NCBI GenBank assembly: GCA_009914755.4
Contig: CP068257.2
Coordinates: 1,248,001 to 1,312,000, forward strand
DNA length: 64,000 bases
Source of the DNA: the human T2T-CHM13v2.0 reference genome, Homo sapiens
Direction: 5' to 3'
The notes under the pieces were generated by a model. The model was given only the letters and a program-made list of their open reading frames with translations. It was not told where the DNA came from and did no database searches. Every line of letters starts with the position of its first letter. Within the stretch, counting starts at the first letter, position 1. The position numbers and the translations under genes were made by a program. This document shows, piece by piece, positions 46,501 through 60,930 of this stretch.

Positions 46501-49500
46501 AATTTATTCTGTACACAAAATATCAAAGTACACCAGATATATATTCTATAGTGTACATAAAATATCAAAGTACCCAAACTATACATTATATACTGTACAT
46601 AAAATATGAAATTACATCAAATATATATTAGGTACATAAAATATGAAAGTATATCAAATATAGATTATATACTGTACATATAATATCAATGTACCCCAAA
46701 TATATATTTTATACTCTACATGAAATATCAAAGTTCACAAACCATATATTACATACTGTACATAAAATATCAAAGTACCCAAGGTATATATTCTATACTG
46801 TACAAAAAATATCAAAGTACACAAAGCATGTATTATATACTGTACATAAAATATGAAAGTACATCAAATATATATTTTATTCTGTACATAAAATATGAAA
46901 GTACACCAGATATATATTCTATAGTGTACATAAAATATAAAAGTACCCAAACTATACATTATATACTGTACATAAAATATGAAATTACATCATATATATA
47001 TCATATTAGGTACATAAAATATGAAAGCATATCAAATATAGATTATATACTGTATATTAAATACCAAAGTACCCCAAATATATATTTTATACTGTACATC
47101 CAATATCAAAGTTCACAAACTATATATTATATACTGAACATAAAATATCAAAGTACCCAAGGTATATATTCTATACTGTACAAAAAATATCAAAGTACCC
47201 AAAGCATGTATTATATACTGTACATAAAATATGAAAGTACATCAAATATATATTTTATTCTGTACATAAAACATCAAAGTACACCAGATATATATTCTAT
47301 ACTGTACAAAAAATATCAAAGTACCCAAAGCGTGTATTATATACTGTACATAAAATATGAAAGTACATCAAATATATATTTTATTCTGTACATAAAATAT
47401 CAAAGTACACCAGATATATATTCTATAGTGTACATAAAGTAACAAAGTACACAAACTATAAATTATATACTGTACGTAAAATATGAAATTACATCAAATA
47501 TATATTAGGTACATAAAATATGAAAGTACATCAAATATAGATTATATACTGTACATAAAATATCAATGTACCCCAAATATATATTTTATACTCTACATGA
47601 AATATCAAAGTTCACAAACCATATATTATATACTGTACATAAAATATCAAAGTACCCAAGGTATATATTCTATACTGTACAAAAAATATCAAAGTACCCA
47701 AAGCATGTATTATATACTGTACATAAAATATGAAACTTCATCAAATATATATTTTATTCTGTACAAAAAATATCAAAGTACACCAGACATATTTTCTATA
47801 GTGTACATAAAATATCAAAGTACCCAAAGCATGTATTATATACTGTACATAAAATATGAAAGTACATCAAATATATATTTTATTCTGTACATAAAACATC
47901 AAAGTACACCAGATATATATTCTATAGTGTACATAAAATATCAAAGTACCCAAACTATACATTATATACTGTACATAAAATATGAAATTACATCAAATAT
48001 ATATTATATTAGGTACATAAAATATGAAAGTACATCAAATATAGATTATATACTGTACATAAAATATCAAAGTACCCAAATATATATTATATACTCTACA
48101 TGAAATATCAAAGTTCACAAACTATATATTATATACTGTACATAAAATATCAAAGTACCCAAGGTATATATTCTATACTGTACAAAAAATATCAAAGTAT
48201 CCAAAGCATGTATTATATACTGTATATAAAATATGAAAGTACATTAAATATATATTTTATTCTGTACATAAAATATCAAAGTACACCAGATATATATTCT
48301 ATAGTGTACATAAAATAACAAAGTACACAAACTATAAATTATATACTGTACATAAAATATGAAATTACATCAAATATATATTAGGTACATAAAATATGAA
48401 AGTACATCAAATATAGATTATATACTGTACATATAATATCAATGTACCCCAAATATATATTTTATACTCTACATGAAATATCAAATTTCACAAACCATAC
48501 ATTATATACTGTAAATAAAATATCAAATTACACAAGGTATATATTCTATACTGTACAAAAAATATGAAAGTACCCAAAGCATGTATTATATACTGTACAT
48601 AAAATATGAAAGTACATCAAATATATATTTTATTCTGTACAAAAAATATCAAAGTACACCAGATATATATTCTATAGTGTACATAAAATAACAAAGTACA
48701 CAAAATATAAATTATATACTGTACATAAAATATGAAATTACATCAAATATATATTAGGTACATAAAATATGAAAGTACATCAAATATAGATTATATACTG
48801 TACATAAAATATCAATGTACCCCAAATATATATTTTATACTCTACATGAAATATCAAAGTTCACAAACCATATATTATATACTGTACATAAAATATCAAA
48901 GTACCCAAGGTATATATTCTATACTGTACAAAAAATATCAAAGTATCCAAAGCACGTATTATATACTGTATATAAAATATGAAATTACATTAAATATATA
49001 TTTTATTCTGTACATAAAATATCAAAGTACACCAGATATATATTCTATAGTGTACATAAAATATCAAAGTAACCAAACTATACATTATATACTGTACAGA
49101 AAATATGAAATTACATCAAATATATATTATATTAGGTACATAAAATATGAAAGTACATCAAATATAGATTCTATACTGTACATAAAATATCAAAGTACCC
49201 CAAATATATATTATATACTCTACATGAAATATCAAAGTTCACAAACTATATATTATATACTGTACATAAAATATCAAAGTACCCAAGGTATATATTCTAT
49301 ACTGTACAAAAAATATCAAAGTATCCAAAGCATGTATTATATACTGTATATAAAATATGAAAGTACATTAAATATATATTTTATTCTGTACATAAAATAT
49401 CAAAGTACACCAGATATATATTCTATAGTGTACATAAAATATCAAAGTACGCAAACTATACATTATATACTGTACATAAAATATGAAATTACATCAAATA

Positions 49501-50596
49501 TATATTAGGTACATAAAATATGAAAGTGCATCAAATATAGATTATATACTGTACATAAAATATCAAAGTACCCCAAATATATATTATATACTCTACATGA
49601 AATATCAAAGTTCACAAACTATATATTATAAACTATACATAAAATATCAAGGTACCCAAGGTATATATTCTATACTGTACAAAAAATATCAAAGTACCCA
49701 AAGCATGTATTATATACTGTACATAAAATATGAAAGTACATCAAATATATATTTTACTCTGTACATAAAATATCAAAGTACACCAGATATATATTCTATA
49801 GTGTACATAAAATAACAAAGTACACAAACTATAAATTATATACTGTACATAAAATATGAAATTACATCAAATATATATTAGGTACATAAAATATGAAAGT
49901 ACATCAAATATAGATTATATACTGTACATAAAATATCAATGTACCCCAAATATATATTTTATACTCTACATGAAATATCAAAGTTCACAAACCATATATT
50001 ATATACTGTACATAAAATATCAAAGTACCCAAGGTATGTATTCTATACTATACAAAAAATATCAAAGTACCCAAAGCATGTATTATATACTGTACATAAA
50101 ATATGAAAGTACATCAAATATATATTTTATTCTGTACACAAAATATCAAAGTACACCAGATATATATTTTATAGTGTACATAAAATATCAAAGTACCCAA
50201 ACTATACATTATACACTGTACATAAAATATGAGATTACATCAAATATATATTATATTAGGTACATAAAATATGAAAGTACATCTGATATAGATTATATAC
50301 TGTACATAAAATATCAAAGTACCCCAAATATATATTATATACTCTACATGAAATATCAAAGTTCACAAACTATATATTATATACAGTACATAAAATATCA
50401 AAGTACCCAAGGTATATATTCTATACTGTACAAAAAATATCAAAGTACCCAAAGCATGTATTATATACTGTATATAAAATATGAAAATACATTAAATATA
50501 TATTTTATTCTGTACATGAAATATAAAGGTACACCAGATATATATTCTATAGTGTACATAAAATAACAAAGTACACAAACTATAAATTATATACTG
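37568..50596 (+). repeat. Copy 2 of the ~11-kb tandem duplication, with two copy-specific differences. One extra 373-bp HOR sits at about 39378-39750. About 1.6 kb of non-matching satellite (Z) lies at about 40255-41866.
   Basis: The offset to copy 1 steps from 11127 to 11500 to 13216. ORF 39385 has no counterpart in X but resembles ORF 23757 (shared SMHY and ENTLNIYFILYV markers). Confidence 0.75.
47483..47981 (+). repeat. 499-bp HOR variant: a 373-bp HOR plus a 126-bp internal duplication of the D-E-F monomer triplet. The junction forms a G/D hybrid monomer at 47801-47842.
   Basis: caccagacatattttctata is followed by gtgtacataaaatatcaaagtacccaaagcatgtattatata (a G 5' half fused to a D 3' half). 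The same 206-aa ORF (…ETSSNIYFILYKKYQSTPDIFSIVYIKYQSTQSMYY…) occurs at 34267, 47483 and 52472. The ORFs at 57461 and 62468 diverge from it in their C-terminal part. MKLHQ start spacing is 1249-1250 nt, which equals 751 + 499. Confidence 0.75.
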
Positions 50597-50966
50597 TACG
50601 TAAAATATGAAATTACATCAAATATATATTAGGTACATAAAATATGAAAGTACATCAAATATAGATTATATACTGTACATATAATATCAATGTACCCCAA
50701 ATATATATTTTATACTCTACATGAAATATCAAAGTTCACAAACCATACATTATATACTGTACATAAAAAATCAAAGTACCCAAGGTATATATTCTATAGT
50801 GTACAAAAAATATCAAAGTACCCAAAGCATGTATTATATACTGTACATAAAATATGAAAGTACATCAAATATATATTTTATTCTGTACATAAAATATCAA
50901 AGTCCACCAGATATATATTCTATAGTGTACATAAAATATCAAAGTACCCAAACTATACATTATATA

Positions 50967-51339
50967 CTGTACATAAAATATGAAATTACATCAAATATAT
51001 ATTAGGTACATAAAATATGAAAGTACATCAAATATAGATTATATACTGTACATAAAATATCAAAGTACCCCAAATATATATTATATACTCTACATGAAAT
51101 ATCAAAGTTCACAAACTATATATTATATACTGTACATAAAATATCAAAGTACCCAAGGTATATATTCTATACTGTACAAAAAATATCAAAGTACCCAAAG
51201 CATGTATTATATACTGTACATAAAATATGAAAGTACATCAAATATATATTTTATTCTGTACATAAAATATCAAAGTACACCAGATATATATTCTATAGTG
51301 AACATAAAATAACAAAGTACACAAACGATAAATTATATA
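50967..51339 (+). repeat. Reference copy of the 373-bp HOR. Same nine monomer types, but monomer H is shortened to 38 bp by a 5-bp deletion (…caaatatatattaggtac).
   Basis: An H-type monomer (ctgtacataaaatatgaaattacatc…) starts at 50967 and the next at 51340. The MKLHQIYIRYIKYE ORF starts at 50980, 51353, 51726, 52099 and 52472, all 373 nt apart. Confidence 0.8.
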
Positions 51340-52471
51340 CTGTACATAAAATATGACATTACATCAAATATATATTAGGTACATAAAATATGAAAGTACA
51401 TCAAATATAGATTATATAATGTACATAAAATATCAATGTACCCCAAATATATATTTTATACTCTACATGAAATATCAAAGTTCACAAACTATATATTATA
51501 TACTGTACATAAAATATCAAAGTACCCAAGGTATATATTCTATACTGTACAAAAGATATCAAAGTACCCAAAGCATGTATTAGATACTGTACATAAAATA
51601 TGAAAGTACATCAAATATATATTTTATTCTGTACATAAAATATCAAAGTACACCAGATATATATTCTACAGTGTACATAAAATATCAAACTACCCAAACT
51701 ATTTATTATATACTGTACATAAAATATGAAATTACATCAAATATATATTAGGTACATAAAATATGAAAGTACATCAAATATAGATTATATACTGTACATA
51801 AAATATCAATGTACCCCAAATATATATTTTATACTCTACATGAAATATCAAAGTTCACAAACCATATATTATATACTGTACATAAAATATCAAAGTACCC
51901 AAGGTATATATTCTATACTGTACAAAAAATATCAAAGTACCAAAAGCATGTATTATATACTGTACCTAAAATATGACAGTACATCAAATATATATTTTAC
52001 TCTGTACATAAAATATCAAAGTACTCCAGATATATATTCTATAGTGTACATAAAATATCAAAGTACCCAAACTATACATTATATACTGTACATAAAATAT
52101 GAAATTACATCAAATATATATTAGGTACATAAAATATGAAAGTACATCAAATATAGATTATATACTGTACATAAAATATCAATGTACCCCAAATATATAT
52201 TTTATACTCTACATGAAATATCAAAGTTCACAAACCATATATTGTATACTGTACATAAAATATCAAAGTACCCAAGGTATGTATTCTATACTGTACAAAA
52301 AATATCAAAGTACCCAAAGCATGTATTATATACTGTACATAAAATATGAAAGTACATCAAATATATATTTTATTCTGTACATAAAATATCAAGGTACACC
52401 AGATATATATTCTATAGTGTACATAAAATAGCAAAGTACACAAACTATAAATTTTATACTGTACATAAAAT

Positions 52472-55400
52472 ATGAAATTACATCAAATATATATTAGGTA
52501 CATAAAATTTGAAAGTACATCAAATATAGATTATATACTGTACAGAAAATATCAATGTACCCCAAATATATATTTTATACTCTACATGAAATATCAAAGT
52601 TCACAAACCATATATTATATACTGTACATAAAATATCAAAGTACCCAAGGTATATATTCTATACTGTACAAAAAATATCAAAGTACCCAAAGCATGTATT
52701 ATATACTGTACATAAAATATGAAACTTCATCAAATATATATTTTATTCTGTACAAAAAATATCAAAGTACACCAGACATATTTTCTATAGTGTACATAAA
52801 ATATCAAAGTACCCAAAGCATGTATTATATACTGTACATAAAATATGAAAGTACATCAAATATATATTTTATTCTGTACATAAAACATCAAAGTACACCA
52901 GATATATATTCTATAGTGTACATAAAATATCAAAGTACCCAAACTATACATTATATACTGTACATAAAATATGAAATTACATCAAATATATATTATATTA
53001 GGTACATAAAATATGAAAGTACATCAAATATAGATTATATACTGTACATAAAATATCAAAGTACCCAAATATATATTATATACTCTACATGAAATATCAA
53101 AGTTCACAAACTATATATTATATACTGTACATAAAATATCAAAGTACCCAAGGTATATATTCTATACTGTACAAAAAATATCAAAGTATCCAAAGCATGT
53201 ATTATATACTGTATATAAAATATGAAAGTACATTAAATATATATTTTATTCTGTACATAAAATATCAAAGTACACCAGATATATATTCTATAGTGTACAT
53301 AAAATAACAAAGTACACAAACTATAAATTATATACTGTACATAAAATATGAAATTACATCAAATATATATTAGGTACATAAAATATGAAAGTACATCAAA
53401 TATAGATTATATACTGTACATATAATATCAATGTACCCCAAATATATATTTTATACTCTACATGAAATATCAAATTTCACAAACCATACATTATATACTG
53501 TAAATAAAATATCAAATTACACAAGGTATATATTCTATACTGTACAAAAAATATGAAAGTACCCAAAGCATGTATTATATACTGTACATAAAATATGAAA
53601 GTACATCAAATATATATTTTATTCTGTACAAAAAATATCAAAGTACACCAGATATATATTCTATAGTGTACATAAAATAACAAAGTACACAAAATATAAA
53701 TTATATACTGTACATAAAATATGAAATTACATCAAATATATATTAGGTACATAAAATATGAAAGTACATCAAATATAGATTATATACTGTACATAAAATA
53801 TCAATGTACCCCAAATATATATTTTATACTCTACATGAAATATCAAAGTTCACAAACCATATATTATATACTGTACATAAAATATCAAAGTACCCAAGGT
53901 ATATATTCTATACTGTACAAAAAATATCAAAGTATCCAAAGCACGTATTATATACTGTATATAAAATATGAAATTACATTAAATATATATTTTATTCTGT
54001 ACATAAAACATCAAAGTACACCAGATATATATTCTATAGTGTACATAAAATATCAAAGTAACCAAACTATACATTATATACTGTACAGAAAATATGAAAT
54101 TACATCAAATATATATTATATTAGGTACATAAAATATGAAAGTACATCAAATATAGATTCTATACTGTACATAAAATATCAAAGTACCCCAAATATATAT
54201 TATATACTCTACATGAAATATCAAAGTTCACAAACTATATATTATATACTGTACATAAAATATCAAAGTACCCAAGGTATATATTCTATACTGTACAAAA
54301 AATATCAAAGTATCCAAAGCATGTATTATATACTGTATATAAAATATGAAAGTACATTAAATATATATTTTATTCTGTACATAAAATATCAAAGTACACC
54401 AGATATATATTCTATAGTGTACATAAAATATCAAAGTACGCAAACTATACATTATATACTGTACATAAAATATGAAATTACATCAAATATATATTAGGTA
54501 CATAAAATATGAAAGTGCATCAAATATAGATTATATACTGTACATAAAATATCAAAGTACCCCAAATATATATTATATACTCTACATGAAATATCAAAGT
54601 TCACAAACTATATATTATAAACTATACATAAAATATCAAGGTACCCAAGGTATATATTCTATACTGTACAAAAAATATCAAAGTACCCAAAGCATGTATT
54701 ATATACTGTACATAAAATATGAAAGTACATCAAATATATATTTTACTCTGTACATAAAATATCAAAGTACACCAGATATATATTCTATAGTGTACATAAA
54801 ATAACAAAGTACACAAACTATAAATTATATACTGTACATAAAATATGAAATTACATCAAATATATATTAGGTACATAAAATATGAAAGTACATCAAATAT
54901 AGATTATATACTGTACATAAAATATCAATGTACCCCAAATATATATTTTATACTCTACATGAAATATCAAAGTTCACAAACCATATATTATATACTGTAC
55001 ATAAAATATCAAAGTACCCAAGGTATGTATTCTATACTATACAAAAAATATCAAAGTACCCAAAGCATGTATTATATACTGTACATAAAATATGAAAGTA
55101 CATCAAATATATATTTTATTCTGTACACAAAATATCAAAGTACACCAGATATATATTTTATAGTGTACATAAAATATCAAAGTACCCAAACTATACATTA
55201 TACACTGTACATAAAATATGAGATTACATCAAATATATATTATATTAGGTACATAAAATATGAAAGTACATCTGATATAGATTATATACTGTACATAAAA
55301 TATCAAAGTACCCCAAATATATATTATATACTCTACATGAAATATCAAAGTTCACAAACTATATATTATATACAGTACATAAAATATCAAAGTACCCAAG

Positions 55401-57460
55401 GTATATATTCTATACTGTACAAAAAATATCAAAGTACCCAAAGCATGTATTATATACTGTATATAAAATATGAAAATACATTAAATATATATTTTATTCT
55501 GTACATGAAATATAAAGGTACACCAGATATATATTCTATAGTGTACATAAAATAACAAAGTACACAAACTATAAATTATATACTGTACGTAAAATATGAA
55601 ATTACATCAAATATATATTAGGTACATAAAATATGAAAGTACATCAAATATAGATTATATACTGTACATATAATATCAATGTACCCCAAATATATATTTT
55701 ATACTCTACATGAAATATCAAAGTTCACAAACCATACATTATATACTGTACATAAAAAATCAAAGTACCCAAGGTATATATTCTATAGTGTACAAAAAAT
55801 ATCAAAGTACCCAAAGCATGTATTATATACTGTACATAAAATATGAAAGTACATCAAATATATATTTTATTCTGTACATAAAATATCAAAGTCCACCAGA
55901 TATATATTCTATAGTGTACATAAAATATCAAAGTACCCAAACTATACATTATATACTGTACATAAAATATGAAATTACATCAAATATATATTAGGTACAT
56001 AAAATATGAAAGTACATCAAATATAGATTATATACTGTACATAAAATATCAAAGTACCCCAAATATATATTATATACTCTACATGAAATATCAAAGTTCA
56101 CAAACTATATATTATATACTGTACATAAAATATCAAAGTACCCAAGGTATATACTCTATACTGTAAAAAAAATATCAAAGTACCCAAAGCATGTATTATA
56201 TACTGTACATAAAATATGAAAGTACATCAAATATATATTTTATTCTGTACATAAAATATCAAAGTACACCAGATATATATTCTATAGTGAACATAAAATA
56301 ACAAAGTACACAAACGATAAATTATATACTGTACATAAAATATGACATTACATCAAATATATATTAGGTACATAAAATATGAAAGTACATCAAATATAGA
56401 TTATATAATGTACATAAAATATCAATGTACCCCAAATATATATTTTATACTCTACATGAAATATCAAAGTTCACAAACTATATATTATATACTGTACATA
56501 AAATATCAAAGTACCCAAGGTATATATTCTATACTGTACAAAAGATATCAAAGTACCCAAAGCATGTATTAGATACTGTACATAAAATATGAAAGTACAT
56601 CAAATATATATTTTATTCTGTACATAAAATATCAAAGTACACCAGATATATATTCTACAGTGTACATAAAATATCAAACTACCCAAACTATTTATTATAT
56701 ACTGGACATAAAATATGAAATTACATCAAATATATATTAGGTACATAAAATATGAAAGTACATCAAATATAGATTATATACTGTACATAAAATATCAATG
56801 TACCCCAAATATATATTTTATACTCTACATGAAATATCAAAGTTCACAAACCATATATTATATACTGTACATAAAATATCAAAGTACCCAAGGTATATAT
56901 TCTATACTGTACAAAAAATATCAAAGTACCAAAAGCATGTATTATATACTGTACCTAAAATATGACAGTACATCAAATATATATTTTACTCTGTACATAA
57001 AATATCAAAGTACTCCAGATATATATTCTATAGTGTACATAAAATATCAAAGTACCCAAACTATACATTATATACTGTACATAAAATATGAAATTACATC
57101 AAATATATATTAGGTACATAAAATATGAAAGTACATCAAATATAGATTATATACTGTACATAAAATATCAATGTACCCCAAATATATATTTTATACTCTA
57201 CATGAAATATCAAAGTTCACAAACCATATATTGTATACTGTACATAAAATATCAAAGTACCCAAGGTATGTATTCTATACTGTACAAAAAATATCAAAGT
57301 ACCCAAAGCATGTATTATATACTGTACATAAAATATGAAAGTACATCAAATATATATTTTATTCTGTACATAAAATATCAAGGTACACCAGATATATATT
57401 CTATAGTGTACATAAAATAGCAAAGTACACAAACTATAAATTTTATACTGTACATAAAAT
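52472..57460 (+). repeat. Copy B of the 4989-bp tandem super-repeat. A partial third copy starts at 57461 and diverges by about 57850.
   Basis: As above. ORF 57461 matches ORF 52472 over its first ~130 residues and then diverges. Confidence 0.85.
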
Positions 57461-58700
57461 ATGAAATTACATCAAATATATATTAGGTACATAAAATTTG
57501 AAAGTACATCAAATATAGATTATATACTGTACAGAAAATATCAATGTACCCCAAATATATATTTTATACTCTACATGAAATATCAAAGTTCACAAACCAT
57601 ATATTATATACTGTACATAAAATATCAAAGTACCCAAAGTATATATTCTATACTGTACAAAAAATATCAAAGTACCCAAAGCATGTATTATATACTGTAC
57701 ATAAAATATGAAACTTCGTCAAATATATATTTTATTCTGTACAAAAAATATCAAAGTACACCAGACATATTTTCTATAGTGTACATAAAATATCAAAGTA
57801 CCCAAAGCATGTATTATATACTGTACATAAAATATGAAAGTACATCAAATATATATTCTATTCTGTGCATAAAATATCAAAGTACACCAGATATATATTC
57901 TATAGTGTACATAAAATATCAAAAGTACCCAAACTATACATTATATACTGTACATAAAATATGAAATTACTTCAAATATATATTATATTAGGTACATAAA
58001 ATATGAAAGTACATCAAATATAGATTATATACTGTACATTAAATACCAAAGTACCCCAAATATATATTTTATACTGTACATGAAATATCAAAGTTCACAC
58101 ACTATATATTATATACTGTACATAAAATATCAAAGTACCCAAGCTATATATTCTATACTGTACAAAAAATATCAAAGTACCCAAAGCATGTATTATATAC
58201 TGTACATAAAATATGAAAGTACATCAAATATATATTATACTCTGTACATAAAATATCAAAGTACACCAGATATATATTCTATAGTGTACATAAAATATCA
58301 AAGTACCCAAACTATACATTATATACTGTACTTAAAATATGAGATTACATCAAATATATATTATATTAGCTACATAAAATATGAAAGTACATCAGATATA
58401 GATTATATACTGTACATAAAATATCAAAGTACCCCAAATATATATTATATACTCTACATGAAATATCAAAGTTCACAAACTACATATTATATACTGTACA
58501 TAAAATATCAAAGTACCCAAGGTATATATTCTATACTGTACAAAAAATATCAAAGTACCCAAAGCATGTATTATATACTGTATACAAAATATGAAAATAC
58601 ATTAAATATATATTTTATTCTGTACATAAAATATCAAAGTACACCAGATATGTATTCTATAGTGTACATAAAATAACAAAGTACACAAACTATAAATTAT
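57461..58700 (+). repeat. Block with a related copy at about +5007 (62468-63700). Both share a private 1-bp insertion (caaaagtac).
   Basis: The 167-aa ORFs 57461 and 62468 are about 93% identical. Both end …YIKYQKYPNYTLYTVHKI because of an extra A at 57920-57928 and 62931-62939. The rare variant ttcacacact occurs at about 58090 and 63100. Confidence 0.6.
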
Positions 58701-59842
58701 ATACTGTACATAAAATATGAAATTACATCAAATATATATTAGGTACATAAAATATGAAAGTACATCAAATATAGATTATATACTGTACATATAATATCAA
58801 AGTACCCCAAATATATATTTTATACTCTACATGAAATATCAAAGTTCACAAACCATACATTATATACTGTACATAAAATATCAAAGTACCCAAGGTATAT
58901 ATTCTATACTGTACAAAAAATATCAAAGTACCCAAAGCATGTATTATATACTGTACATAAAATATGAAAGTACATCAAATATATATTTTATTCTGTACAT
59001 AAAATATCAAAGTACACCAGATATATATTCTATAGTGTACATAAAATATCAAAGTACCCAAACTATACATTATATACTGTACATATAATATGAAATTACA
59101 TCAAATATATATTATATTAGGTACATAAAATATGAAAGCACATCAAATATAGATTATATACTGTACATTAAATACCAAAGTACCCCAAATATATATTTTA
59201 TACTGTACATCAAATATCAAAGTTCACAAACTATATATTATATACTGTACATAAAATATCAAAGTACCCAAGGTATATATTCTATACTGTACAAAAAATA
59301 TCAAAGTACCCAAAGCATGTATTATATACTGTACATAAAATATGAAAGTACATCAAATATATATTTTATTCTGTACATAAAACATCAAAGTACACCAGAT
59401 ATATATTCTATAGTGTACATAAAATATCAAAGTACCCAAACTATACATTATACACTGTACATAAAATATGAGATTACATCAAATATATATTATATTAGGT
59501 ACATAAAATATGAAAGTACATTTGATATAGATTATATACTGTACATAAAATATCAAAGTACCCCAAATATATATTATATACTCTACATGAAATATCAAAG
59601 TTCACAAACTATATATTATATACTGTACATAAAATAAAGTACCCAAGGTATATATTCTATACTGTACAAAAAATATCAAAGTACACAAAGCATGTATTAT
59701 ATACTGTACATAAAATATGAAAGTACATCAAATATATATTTTATTCTGTACATAAAATATCAAAGTACACCAGATATATATTCTATAGTGTACATAAAAT
59801 AACAAAGTACACAAACCATAAATTATATACTGAACATAAAAT

Positions 59843-60930
59843 ATGACATTACATCAAATATATATTAGGTACATAAAATATGAAAGTACATCAAATATAG
59901 ATTATATACTGTACATAAAATATCAATGTACCCCAAATATATATTTTATACTCTACATGAAATATCAAAGTTCACAAACTATATATTATATACTGTACAT
60001 AAAATATCAAAGTACCCAAGGTATATATTCTATACTGTACAAAAGATATCAAAGTACCCAAAGCACGTATTATATACTGTACAAAAAATATGAAAGTACA
60101 TCAAATATATATTTTATTCTGTACATAAAATATCAAAGTACACCAGATATATATTCTATAGTGTACATAAAATATCAAACTACCCAAACTATTTATTATA
60201 TACTGTACATAAAATTTGAAATTACATCAAATATATATTATATTAGGTACATAAAATATGAAAGTACATCAAATATAGATTATATACTGTACACTAAAAA
60301 CCAAAGTACCCCAAATATATATTTTATACTGTACATGAAATATCAAAGTTCACAAACTATATGTTATATACTGTACATAAAATATCAAAGTACCCAAGGT
60401 ATGTATTCTATACTGTACAAAAAATATCAAAGTACCCAAAGCATGTATTATATACTGTACATAAAATATGAAAGTACATCAAATATATATTTTATTCTGT
60501 ACATAAAATATCAAGGTACACCAGATATATATTCTATAGTGTACATAAAATAGCAAAGTACACAAACTATAAATTATATACTGTACATAAAATATGAAAT
60601 TACATCAAATATATATTAGGTACATAAAATATGAAAGTACATCAAATATAGATTATATACTGTACATAAAATATCAATGTACCCCAAATATATATTTTAT
60701 ACTCTACATGAAATATCAAAGTTCACAAACCATATATTGTATACTGTACATAAAATATCAAAGTACCCAAGGTATGTATTCTATACTGTACAAAAAATAT
60801 CAAAGTACCCAAAGCATGTATTATATACTGTACATAAAATATGAAAGTACATCAAATATATATTTTATTCTGTACATAAAACATCAAAGTACACCAGATA
60901 TATATTCTATAGTGTACATAAAATATCAAA
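59843..60930 (+). repeat. Block related to 56342-57420 at an offset of about 3501-3506.
   Basis: The MTLHQIYIRYIKYESTSNIDYI(M/L)YIKYQCTPNIYFILYMKYQ… ORFs at 56342 and 59843 correspond. ORFs 57088 and 60594 share the rare …QTIYCILYIKYQSTQGMYSILYKKYQ…. Confidence 0.55.

Larger units (their letters stand above)
47483..52471 (+). repeat. Copy A of a 4989-bp tandem super-repeat. A 499-bp HOR variant sits at its start.
   Basis: The ORFs 47483, 48100, 48732, 49483, 49856, 50721, 50980, 51353, 51726 and 52099 recur at +4989 (52472 to 57088), mostly as identical translations. The 258-aa ORFs 48732 and 53721 differ at 1 residue. Confidence 0.85.
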
